DNA of 17,465 nucleotides, counting the filler, from Coriobacteriales bacterium (GTDB taxonomy: Bacteria; Actinomycetota; Coriobacteriia; Coriobacteriales; UBA8131): the NCBI GenBank assembly GCA_031263105.1. It is 2 parts of 2 records of this genome, joined end to end, with 100 filler letters (N's around TTAATTAATTAA, not from the genome) between each part and the next. Parts side by side here need not be neighbours in the genome. Positions count along the whole stretch, not along the records: positions 1 to 9,449 come from JAISGJ010000017.1; positions 9,550 to 17,465 come from JAISGJ010000248.1. The stretch is one strand, 5' to 3'. Positions 9,156 through 16,798 of the stretch are shown piece by piece; the first letter of the stretch is position 1; the number at the start of each line of letters is the position of its first letter. The notes under the pieces are model-generated. The model worked only from the letters and a program-made list of their open reading frames with translations, was not told where the DNA came from and searched no databases. Both the position numbers and the translations under genes were made by a program.

Positions 9156-9449
9156 GTTACAGGTCACACCCTACCCTGTCATTCTGAGCGAAGCGCCCGC
9201 AAGGGCGCGCAGCGTGAGAATCCTTGGACACGCAGTGTCCAACTGGCCCGGTTGGGCGCTGGCGCGCCCAAGGATTCCTCGGCAAGCTCGGAATGACAGT
9301 GGGGCCCAGGACGGCAGCGGGGGCCCAGGACGGCAGCGGGGGCCCAGGACGGCAGCGGGGGCCCAGGACGGCAGCGGGGGCCCGGGACGGCAGCGGGGGC
9401 CCGGGACGGCAGGCGGGAGGCCGGGACGGCAGGCGGGGGGCCGGGGCGG
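9156..9449. repeat. REP/REPIN-like element, copy 3 (variant, inverted core), with a 19-bp tandem tail
   Basis: Arms CTGTCATTCTGAGC..AGAATCC and GGATTCCTCGGCAAGCTCGGAATGACAG. The core contains the reverse complement of the TTGGACACTGCGTGTCCAA hairpin. GCCCAGGACGGCAGCGGGG units at 9304, 9323, 9342 and 9361, then variants from 9380 up to the gap. Confidence 0.85.
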
Positions 9450-9549
9450 NNNNNNNNNNNNNNNNNNNNNNNNNNNNNNNNNNNNNNNNNNNNTTAATTA
9501 ATTAANNNNNNNNNNNNNNNNNNNNNNNNNNNNNNNNNNNNNNNNNNNN
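9450..9549. other. Artificial contig-joining spacer
   Basis: 44 N + TTAATTAATTAA (stop codons in all six frames, 9494-9505) + 44 N, exactly 100 bp. Confidence 0.97.
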
Positions 9550-9739
9550 CCCCACCGTCATCCCGAGCCCCCACCGTCATCCCGAGCCTGCCGAGGGATC
9601 TTCGACCGCGCAAGCGGTCGACCGCAGGTCGAGGGGCCCCCTGACCTGCCGTGGGCCCCTGCGTGTCCAAAGATTCCGCGGCGGGGGACGGTATGACCGT
9701 GGGGGCTCGGGATGACGGTGGGGGTGTGACCTCAGTAAC
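9550..9739. repeat. REP/REPIN-like element, copy 4 (CGTC variant), with duplicated ends
   Basis: CCCCACCGTCATCCCGAGC twice (9550-9587), the shared core, a noisy right arm, then a second end unit GCTCGGGATGACGGTGGGGGTGTGACCTCAGTAAC. Confidence 0.85.
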
Positions 9740-9760
9740 GTTGAAACAAGGGGGGCGGGG

Positions 9761-11146
9761 CTAGGACGCCTTGGCAGCGGCGGCGGGCTTTGCGGTGGAG
9801 CGGTAGACGACGGTGGGAGGGCTCTCGCCGCGCACGGCCTCCGGGGTCACGACGACCTCGGAGATGACGGTGCTGCCCGGCAGGTCGTACATCGTGTCGA
9901 GCAGCGTGCGCTCGCAGATGCTGCGCAGGCCGCGCGCGCCCGTGCCGTGCTCGACGGCCTCCTTGGCGATGGCCGCAAGCGCCGCGTCCGTGAACACGAG
10001 GCGCACGTCCTCGAAGGAGAACATGCGCGCGTACTGCTTGACCAGCGCGTTCTTCGGCTCGGTGAGCACGCGGACGAGGTCTTCCTCCGTAAGCTCCGCG
10101 ACGCCGCATATCACGGGAATGCGCCCTACGAACTCGGGGATCATGCCGAAGCGGTTGAGGTCCTCCGGCAGGGCCTTCGCGAGCAGCTCCGAGGACTGCT
10201 GGCTGTGCGGCTTCTTGATCTCGGCAGCGAACCCCACGCCCTTCCTGCCGATGCGCTCGCTGATGATCTTGTCCAGCCCGACGAAGGCGCCGCCGAGGAT
10301 GAACAAGATGTTGGTCGTGTCTATCTTGATGAGCTCCTGCTGGGGATGCTTGCGGCCCCCCTGCGGCGGCACGGACGCCTCGGTGCCCTCGATGATCTTG
10401 AGGAGCGCCTGCTGGACGCCCTCGCCGGAGACGTCGCGCGTGATGGAGAGGTTCTCCGCCTTGCGGGCGACCTTGTCGATCTCGTCGATGTAGATGATGC
10501 CGATCTGTGCGGACTCGACGTCGAGGTCGGCGGCCGTGATGAGCTTGAGCAGGATGTTCTCGACGTCCTCGCCCACATAGCCGGCCTCCGTGAGCGCCGT
10601 CGCGTCCGCGATGGCGAAGGGCACCTGAAGGATCCGCGCCAAGGTCTGCGCGAGCAGGGTCTTGCCGCAGCCGGTGGGGCCCAACAGCAGGATGTTGCTC
10701 TTGGCGAGCTCGACCTCCTCGTCGAGCTCCGCGTCCACGCCGAGGGCGACGCGCTTGTAGTGGTTGTAGACGGCGACCGAGAGCGCCTTCTTCGCGTTCT
10801 CCTGGCCGATGACGTACTTCGAGAGCTCCTGATGTATCTCGGCAGGGGTCGGCAGGTCGTCGAGCAGCAGGGGGGCCTCCGCCTCCTCCTGGGCGCCCTC
10901 CTCCTGCGCGGGGTCGTGGCCGATTATCTCCTCACAGAGATGGACGCACTCGTCGCAGATAAAGACATGGGGGCCGGCGATGAGCTTGCGGACCATGTCC
11001 TGCGTCTTGCCGCAGAAGCTGCAGTGCACCTCGTCGAAGCCGTCGAAGCCGCCAAAGCCGCCGAACTCGATACCGCTGAAGCCGCCTTCGTCGCCGCCGC
11101 CGCCCATGCCGCCGCCGAAGCCGAAATTGTTGCCCCGCTTAGCCAT
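9761..11146 (-). CDS. clpX: ATP-dependent Clp protease ATP-binding subunit ClpX
   Basis: Zn finger [60 protein letters not shown] loop, TGARGLRSI. Confidence 0.98.
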   Translation of the reverse strand: MAKRGNNFGFGGGMGGGGDEGGFSGIEFGGFGGFDGFDEVHCSFCGKTQDMVRKLIAGPHVFICDECVHLCEEIIGHDPAQEEGAQEEAEAPLLLDDLPTPAEIHQELSKYVIGQENAKKALSVAVYNHYKRVALGVDAELDEEVELAKSNILLLGPTGCGKTLLAQTLARILQVPFAIADATALTEAGYVGEDVENILLKLITAADLDVESAQIGIIYIDEIDKVARKAENLSITRDVSGEGVQQALLKIIEGTEASVPPQGGRKHPQQELIKIDTTNILFILGGAFVGLDKIISERIGRKGVGFAAEIKKPHSQQSSELLAKALPEDLNRFGMIPEFVGRIPVICGVAELTEEDLVRVLTEPKNALVKQYARMFSFEDVRLVFTDAALAAIAKEAVEHGTGARGLRSICERTLLDTMYDLPGSTVISEVVVTPEAVRGESPPTVVYRSTAKPAAAAKAS

Positions 11147-11151
11147 GTACC

Positions 11152-11781
11152 CTACTCGCTTTTCTTCTCACGCTTGATGTCGCGCTTGAAGAATATCTCG
11201 TCTACCAGCCCGTAGTCCCTGGAGTCCTCGGCGGACATGAAGTTGTCGCGCTCGGTGTCCTCGTGTATCTTCTCCAGCGACTGCCCGGTATGCTCGGCAA
11301 GTATCCTGTTGAGCCGGTCGCGGACGTACTGCATCTCCCGCGCGGCGATCTCGACGTCGGTCTGCTGGCCCTGGGCGCCGCCGCTCGGCTGATGGATCAT
11401 GACGCGCGAGTTCGGCAGGGCGAAGCGCTTGCCCTTCGCGCCCGCCGCCAGAAGGACCGCCGCCATCGATGCCGCCTGGCCTATGCAGATGGTCGAGACG
11501 TCGCATTTGATGAACTGCATCGTGTCGTAGATCGCCATCCCTGCAGTGATGACGCCGCCCGGGGAGTTGATGTAGAGCGAGATGTCCTTCTCGGGGTCGT
11601 CGCTCTCCAGGTGAAGGAGCTGCGCCACCACGGTGTTGGCCACGTGCTCGTCGATCATCTCGCCCAAAAAGACGATGCGGTCGTTGAGGAGGCGGGAATA
11701 GATGTCGAAGCTGCGCTCGCCGCGCGGCGACTGCTCGATGACATACGGTATCAGTGCCGCGCGCTCCCTTTGTGTGCCCAT
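11152..11781 (-). CDS. clpP: ATP-dependent Clp protease proteolytic subunit
   Basis: [32 protein letters not shown] (Ser), MIHQP (His), ERDNFM (Asp). The ATG at 11781 has a GGAG RBS; an alternative GTG at 11799 overlaps the tig stop. Confidence 0.98.
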   Translation of the reverse strand: MGTQRERAALIPYVIEQSPRGERSFDIYSRLLNDRIVFLGEMIDEHVANTVVAQLLHLESDDPEKDISLYINSPGGVITAGMAIYDTMQFIKCDVSTICIGQAASMAAVLLAAGAKGKRFALPNSRVMIHQPSGGAQGQQTDVEIAAREMQYVRDRLNRILAEHTGQSLEKIHEDTERDNFMSAEDSRDYGLVDEIFFKRDIKREKKSE

Positions 11782-11795
11782 GTCTTGCTCCAATC

Positions 11796-13286
11796 TCACT
11801 CTTGCGGTTTCTTCTCGGTCGTCTTCTTGGCCGCAGGTTTTTTGGCCGCAGGCTTCTCGGCAGCCTTGCCGGCGGCCTTCTTCTTGGCTGCGGGCTTCTT
11901 CTCTGCGGACTTCCCGTCTGCGGGCTTTGCAGCCGCCTTCTTGGCAGGCGCCTTCTTGGCAGGCGCCTTCTTGGCGGCCGCAGGCTTCGAGCCCGGCTCA
12001 TGGACCTCGGCGCTCTCGTCGAGATGCTGCGCGGCCTTCGTCCGAAGCAGGCCCTCGCGGATCTCGGAGAGGCGCCCGTTGTCCTTCCACTGCCGATAGA
12101 GGGCATCGGGGTCGTCGGCGCCGCTCAGCGCGAACTCCTCACGAAGCTCCTCGTCGGTGACCTCGAACGCCAGGTGCCTCGCGAGCGCATCGAGCGCAAG
12201 CTCTTGGCTGGCAAGCTCGACCGCCCGGTCCTTTATGTCGCTTCGGAAGGCCTCGGGGGTGGTGTCCGTGCGGGCAAGGAAGCTGTCGAGGGTCTGCCCG
12301 CTTTGCTGCAACGACGTGAAGAAATTGCGGTAGATGCCCTGTTCGGTCTGGGTGACGAGCGCCTCCGGGGGACCGCCTTGCAGGCGCGCGACAAGCTCCT
12401 CGAACATAAGGCGCTCCCTGAGCGAGGCCACCTCCGAGCGCTTCTGCTCCCTGAGCGGCTCGGCGATGCGCTCCTTGAACTCGTCGACGCTGTCGAACTC
12501 GAGGGTCTCCTTCACCCAGGCGTCCGTCAGCTCGGGCCTGACCTTGGTTCTTATCTGCTTGACGGTCACGGTGACATGCGCCGGGGCGCCACCGGCAGAT
12601 GCCGCCCCCTCGGGAGAGAGGTCGATGTCGAACTCGCGGGTCTCATCGGCCTTCATGCCGCCCAAGTGCCCCTCGAAGGAGACGGGCATGCCCCCTGACC
12701 CCATCTGATAGGGGACGCCCTCCCCTGACAGGTCCTCGATGCGTCCGTCGCCGCCGACCCACTCCATGTCCAGCGTGAGGAAGTCCCCGTCCCGGACGGG
12801 CCGGTCGGTGACCTCGACGAAGTCCACGTAGTACTCGAGCATGGCGTCTATCTGCTGCTCGATCTCCGCAGTGGTCGGCTCCTCGCTCGGCAGCTCGATC
12901 TGCACCGGTCCGTAGGACGCAAGTTCCAGCAACGGCCGGACCGTGAACGTCGTCGAGAAGCAGTAGTCGCTGCCCTCCTCGACCAGCTCGAGCTTGGCGA
13001 CGTCCGGCTTGTCGAGCGGGACGTAGCCCTCGGCGTCTATCGCCATGGGAAGGCGGTCCTCCACCAGCTCCTCGGTCGCCTGCACCTGGAAGTACTGCGT
13101 GCCCCCGTAATGGTTCTCCAACACGCGGCGCGGGGCCTTTCCGGGCCTGAAGCCCGGGATGCGCACCTTCCCCGCCTCCCGGTACGCGGCATTGAGGTAG
13201 CGCTGCACCTCGTCTGCGGAGATGGTCACCGTCAGCTCGATCTTGTCCTCATCGTTCCTCTTGCTTATGGTCTCCAAAGCTGTCAT
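11796..13286 (-). CDS. tig: Trigger factor with a Lys/Ala/Pro-rich C-terminal tail
   Basis: Ribosome-binding motif [14 protein letters not shown]-like middle domain, tig-clpP-clpX synteny. The ATG at 13286 has a GAGAGG RBS; the track start at 13418 is probably too long. Confidence 0.93.
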   Translation of the reverse strand: MTALETISKRNDEDKIELTVTISADEVQRYLNAAYREAGKVRIPGFRPGKAPRRVLENHYGGTQYFQVQATEELVEDRLPMAIDAEGYVPLDKPDVAKLELVEEGSDYCFSTTFTVRPLLELASYGPVQIELPSEEPTTAEIEQQIDAMLEYYVDFVEVTDRPVRDGDFLTLDMEWVGGDGRIEDLSGEGVPYQMGSGGMPVSFEGHLGGMKADETREFDIDLSPEGAASAGGAPAHVTVTVKQIRTKVRPELTDAWVKETLEFDSVDEFKERIAEPLREQKRSEVASLRERLMFEELVARLQGGPPEALVTQTEQGIYRNFFTSLQQSGQTLDSFLARTDTTPEAFRSDIKDRAVELASQELALDALARHLAFEVTDEELREEFALSGADDPDALYRQWKDNGRLSEIREGLLRTKAAQHLDESAEVHEPGSKPAAAKKAPAKKAPAKKAAAKPADGKSAEKKPAAKKKAAGKAAEKPAAKKPAAKKTTEKKPQE

Positions 13287-13416
13287 CGTTCCTCTCGACT
13301 CCAAGGACGTCCTCATGCATCCCTGATGACTGCCGGGGCGGGCCAGGCCAGACAGGGGCGCCCTCTGGGTGCCCGAGCGTTGTGTGCTGGAGAAACCGCC
13401 TCGGAATAGCCGTACC

Positions 13417-13472
13417 ACTATAGCACAGGAAGCCCCGCCCGCCTTGAATTGTTGCCGCTTTTCCTTTAGTGT
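13417..13472. promoter_or_regulatory. Divergent promoters for tig (minus) and the tRNA pair (plus)
   Basis: Minus strand TG-C-TATAGT at 13417-13425. Plus strand TTGAAT (13444) -17 bp- TAGTGT (13467). Confidence 0.5.
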
Positions 13473-13494
13473 GTCAGACGCGGTCTTTGCACGG

Positions 13495-13570
13495 GCGGCA
13501 GTAGTTCAATTGGTAGAGCATCAGCCTTCCAAGCTGATCGTTGCGGGTTCGAGTCCCGTCTGCCGCTCCA
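13495..13570 (+). tRNA. tRNA-Gly (TCC)
   Basis: GCGGCAG/CTGCCGC acceptor stem, TCAGC-CTTCCAA-GCTGA anticodon arm, GGTTCGAGTCC T arm, encoded CCA, 76 nt. Confidence 0.97.
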
Positions 13571-13595
13571 AGACCTGCACGCGTCGACAGGCCAT

Positions 13596-13671
13596 GCGCC
13601 CGTAGCTCAGGGGATAGAGTCGCAGACTTCTAATCTGTTGGTCGTAGGTTCGAATCCTACCGGGCGCGCCA
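13596..13671 (+). tRNA. tRNA-Arg (TCT)
   Basis: GCGCCCG/CGGGCGC acceptor stem, GCAGA-CTTCTAA-TCTGT anticodon arm, GGTTCGAATCC T arm, encoded CCA, 76 nt. Confidence 0.97.
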
Positions 13672-13799
13672 CTTACTCGCAGCTTCAACCCTCTACCACC
13701 CTACCCGTCGCGCTTCCCCTCAGGGCCCCGCGAAGCCTTGGCTTCGTGGGTGGGGGTCGCAGGCTCACTGCTCCTTCGACCGTCCACCGGACGGTCGAA

Positions 13800-13817
13800 C
13801 CTACCGGGCGCGCCACT
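13800..13817 (+). repeat. Direct repeat of the tRNA-Arg 3' end (att-like)
   Basis: CCTACCGGGCGCGCCACT is identical to 13656-13673, and is preceded by GGTCGAA versus GGTTCGAAT in the tRNA. Confidence 0.85.
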
Positions 13818-14274
13818 ATTGTTTGCCGTAGGCTCCGGCGTCGTAGTTCTCGGTCATGACGACTGAGAAGTGGAAGATCGGGCGGTCCACACGCAGGATG
13901 CGCAGGGGCATGTGCGGCATGCCGGCGGGGCAGAAGACCATCGCAGAGGTGGTCAGGCGGTGCATCTCGCCATCGACCCAGACCTCCAGCTCGCCGCCGA
14001 GGTCGCTCGGGTCGTCCGGGTCGCTGCCGATGAAGCCGATGAGCTCGTCGGTGTCGGCGTGCACGTGCTCCTCGAAAACCGGGTCCTTCTCCGGCACGGC
14101 AAAATACCAGGCGGTGTTCATCTGGAAGGCACCCGGCACCACAGTGCCGTCCATCCAGAGGATGCGCTTGGCAAAGCGGTCGTACATCGCCTTGAACTCG
14201 GCCGAGGGCATGGGTGGGTCCCGTAGCGTGGTGATGACGTAGGCGCTGCTGGGCAAGCTCTCTGTTGTGCTCAT
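13816..14274 (-). CDS. Hypothetical protein, cupin-like beta-barrel
   Basis: Strong AGGAGG RBS. HVH..DE and PAGMPH resemble the two metal-binding cupin motifs. Confidence 0.75.
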   Translation of the reverse strand: MSTTESLPSSAYVITTLRDPPMPSAEFKAMYDRFAKRILWMDGTVVPGAFQMNTAWYFAVPEKDPVFEEHVHADTDELIGFIGSDPDDPSDLGGELEVWVDGEMHRLTTSAMVFCPAGMPHMPLRILRVDRPIFHFSVVMTENYDAGAYGKQ

Positions 14275-14353
14275 GGTTCCTCCTCCTTACGGGCAACGGC
14301 AGGGAAACTCACAACCAAAACTACCACACTCAACCCGATAAACCAATGGGGGG

Positions 14354-14738
14354 GTTGCTGTTCACACCCCCACTGTCATTCCGAGCCCGTCGAGGAATCC
14401 TCGGCCGCGCCAGCGGTCGACCGCAGGTCGAAGGGCCCCTAGCCTGCCGTTGGTCGCTTCGCGACCAAAGATCCCTCGACGGGCTCGGGATGACAGTGGG
14501 GTGTGAATCGGGGTGACAGTGGGGGTGTGAACAGCAACATCGGGGTGACAGTGGGGGTGTGAATCGGGGTGACAGTGGGGGTGTGAACAGCAACATCGGG
14601 GTGACAGTGGGGGTGTGAATCGGGGTGACAGTGGGGGCGTGAACAGCAACATCGGGGTGACAGTGGGGGTGTGAATCGGGGTGACAGTGGGGGCGTGAAC
14701 AGCAACATCGGGGTGACAGTGGGGGTGTGAACAGCAAC
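14354..14738. mobile_element. REP/REPIN/MITE-like element, copy 5, with a 9-unit terminal array and flanking direct repeats
   Basis: Perfect 25-bp outer inverted repeat 14354-14378 / 14714-14738, core 14371-14498. TGACAGTGGGG units at 14491, 14514, 14546, 14570, 14602, 14626, 14658, 14682 and 14714. AATGGGGG at 14345-14352 and 14739-14746. Confidence 0.8.
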
Positions 14739-14765
14739 AATGGGGGACTTACTGCCCGTACTCTG

Positions 14766-14795
14766 TTGACAAAGCAATAGGCAAACACTTATAAG
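14766..14795 (+). promoter_or_regulatory. Putative sigma-70-type promoter of the MFS gene
   Basis: TTGACA -18 bp- TATAAG. A short palindrome ACTTATAAGT (14787-14796) overlaps the -10. Confidence 0.4.
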
Positions 14796-14837
14796 TATCG
14801 TAGTCTCTACAGGGGCACACAGCGATGGGAGGACGGC

Positions 14838-16343
14838 ATGCCGATCGGCAAGAAGGACTCGTTCCTGCTCGTGTTGACGATCGTCGTCATCGAGTTCATC
14901 AGCGGCTATCTCCAAGGGTTCTACGAGCCCCTGCTGCCCAAGTTCGCCTCGACCTTGGACATCGATGCGTCCAACCTCTCCCTCTTCAACGTCCTGCCGA
15001 CCGCCGTCGGTGCCCTGTTCGTGCCCTTCTTCACCCGTCTGGGCGACATAAGGGGGTACCGCAAGATCCTTCGCATCGCCATCGTTGCCGTGTTCCTCGC
15101 AAGCATCGTCCTGTCGGCAGGCGTCGCCTCCCGCTCATGGGCCCTGGTCCTTGTCGGCCGCCTGTTCTTCGGTGCCGTCCCGGTCTGGCTGCCGCTCCAC
15201 ATCGCACTGGTGCACGCCAAGACGGTCGGCGAGAGGGCGACCAAGGCCGTGAGCGCCATCGTCGCCACGGTCACGGTCGGCACGGTGTTCGGCACGGCGA
15301 CCTCCGGCCCCCTGTACGAGCTGTTCGGGCAGTCGCTGGAGGCAACGGTCGTCATCGTCCCTGTCCTCACCTTCCTCGCGGTGCTCCTCGTCTTTTTTGT
15401 GATGCCCGAGTTCGTGAGCGGGGCGCACCCCCACATCGACAGGCTCGGCTTCCTGCTGCTTGCCGCCGTCATGTTCCTTGCGATACTCGGCTTCGTGGTC
15501 ATCGTCGAGGGCGGGCTCCAGTCGCTGGCCGGTGCGCTCCTGCTCGTCGCCGCGCTGTTCGTCGGCGCCCTCTGGTTCAGGTACGAGAAGAGGCAGGAGC
15601 ATCCGGCCATCGACGTCAGGCTGCTCCTGAACAGGACGATGGCGCCTCTCTATATAGGGGCTGTCTGCATGGGGGCCGTCTTCTTCGGCTTCCTCTCGCC
15701 GATAGCGACCTACCTTGCCCACCCGCCCGCAGAGGGCTTCGGCTTCGGCTTCGAGCCCATCTATCAGTCGGTCGCCCAGACGGCGATCCTCTTCTGCACG
15801 GTCATTGCGGCGATCCTGGTGCCCTTCATCCTCAGGAGGCTGCCCCCGAAGGCCACGCTCGCGCTGGGCTTCGCGCTGGGCATCGTCGGCTTCGTCCAGT
15901 TCGCGCTCCTCCCGGACTCGATACCGCAGCTTGCCTGCTTCATCGTCCTGATCGGCATCGGCGTCGGCGTCATCAGCGCCGCCATCCCCGTGCTGATACC
16001 GGAACGTGCGCCCCGCGACCAGCGCGGGATCGCGACCGGCCTCTACAACTCCTCCCAGACGCTGGGCGGGGCGTTGGGCAGCGGCCTCTTCCTGTCGCTG
16101 CTCAAGGTCGGCAGCCTTGACGTGGCAGACGCGGCGTCGGTCGTCACCGAGACCGGCTACGACTGCGTCTGGCTGACCTGTGCCGCCTTCTTCCTCATCG
16201 GCCTGGTCGTCGTCCTCGTGTTCCTGGCGGGCGGGCGCGAGAAGGGCGAGGAGCTGCGACTCGAGCACGATCCCAAGCACGGCCCGGCCCCCAAACCCGA
16301 GCGCAGCCCAAGCCAGGAGGACGCCACCCTCCTCATGAAGTGA
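14838..16343 (+). CDS. MFS transporter, DHA2/EmrB-like (about 14 TM)
   Basis: Motif A-like TRLGDIRGYRK, many TM segments, HPAIDVRLL loop, RGIATGLYNSSQTLGGALG. GGAGG RBS. Confidence 0.9.
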   Translation: MPIGKKDSFLLVLTIVVIEFISGYLQGFYEPLLPKFASTLDIDASNLSLFNVLPTAVGALFVPFFTRLGDIRGYRKILRIAIVAVFLASIVLSAGVASRSWALVLVGRLFFGAVPVWLPLHIALVHAKTVGERATKAVSAIVATVTVGTVFGTATSGPLYELFGQSLEATVVIVPVLTFLAVLLVFFVMPEFVSGAHPHIDRLGFLLLAAVMFLAILGFVVIVEGGLQSLAGALLLVAALFVGALWFRYEKRQEHPAIDVRLLLNRTMAPLYIGAVCMGAVFFGFLSPIATYLAHPPAEGFGFGFEPIYQSVAQTAILFCTVIAAILVPFILRRLPPKATLALGFALGIVGFVQFALLPDSIPQLACFIVLIGIGVGVISAAIPVLIPERAPRDQRGIATGLYNSSQTLGGALGSGLFLSLLKVGSLDVADAASVVTETGYDCVWLTCAAFFLIGLVVVLVFLAGGREKGEELRLEHDPKHGPAPKPERSPSQEDATLLMK

Positions 16344-16358
16344 TAGAATGTGCCCCGT

Positions 16359-16443
16359 GCGGGCGTGGCGGAACCGGCAGACGCGCCAGGTTTAGGTCCT
16401 GGTGGGGAAACCCGTGGGAGTTCGAGTCTCTTCGCCCGCACCA
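16359..16443 (+). tRNA. tRNA-Leu (TAG)
   Basis: GCGGGCG/CGCCCGC acceptor stem, CCAGG-TTTAGGT-CCTGG anticodon arm, long variable arm GGGAAACCC, encoded CCA, 85 nt. TG-A-TAGAAT extended -10 at 16341-16349. Confidence 0.96.
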
Positions 16444-16690
16444 TATTATCTACCATCTATTGATACAAAGGTTTGTGTCGGTAGGTGGTTTTCATTTTGC
16501 CTGAAACCCCTTGAAATCAAGGGGTTTTGCTGTCTTGGGCTTGTCTCTCGCCTTTGTGGGTGAGCAAAGCGGACACGGTAATCCGGCAATATGCCGGTAA
16601 GTTGCGCCTGCGCTTGCATTTCAAATCGTTTGGCATTTGGGTGGGGTGTGCAAGGGGTGTGCATTTTTCCCGCAGGGGTGTGCATTGAGT
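16444..16690. mobile_element. Probable att arm / boundary of an island integrated at tRNA-Leu
   Basis: Abrupt GC drop after the CCA. Inverted repeat AAACCCCTTGA-AA-TCAAGGGGTTT (16504-16527). Three direct repeats GGGGTGTGCA at 16643, 16654 and 16675. Confidence 0.55.
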
Positions 16691-16702
16691 TGCTCCGGAC
16701 GA

Positions 16703-16752
16703 TTGAGAACGGCGGGCGCATGACGTATAATGAAGTTAGCGGCTTATAACTT
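16703..16752 (+). promoter_or_regulatory. Promoter plus operator-like inverted repeat upstream of the methyltransferase
   Basis: TTGAGA (16703) -17 bp- TATAAT (16726). AAGTTA-N8-TAACTT at 16733-16752 overlaps the expected transcription start. Confidence 0.6.
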
Positions 16753-16798
16753 ATGTTTTTGCTGCAACCAGCGCGTTTGCTGTGGTAGGAGAGGGAAG

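Noticed and set aside
9450..9549. TTAATTAATTAA as a biological site, and copies 3 and 4 as one giant inverted structure
   Set aside because: It is a synthetic six-frame-stop linker inside N padding. Adjacency and orientation of the two sides are unproven.
22..12698. Long alternative ORFs (e.g. 22-1662+, 1701-3857+, 6871-9045+, 7169-9082-, 9947-11215+, 11754-12698+)
   Set aside because: They are antisense or frame-shifted shadows of well-supported genes in high-GC DNA, with no recognisable motifs.
14491..14738. CRISPR array
   Set aside because: The intervening segments are near-identical rather than unique spacers, the units derive from the adjacent element end, and there are no cas genes.
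14330..14915. Cys/His/Pro-rich repeat peptides (PHCHPD.., also PHCHTHCH at 22-160) as metal-binding proteins or RiPP precursors
   Set aside because: These are translations of the DNA tandem repeats. The 56-bp period is not a multiple of 3, and there is no RBS or modifying enzyme nearby.
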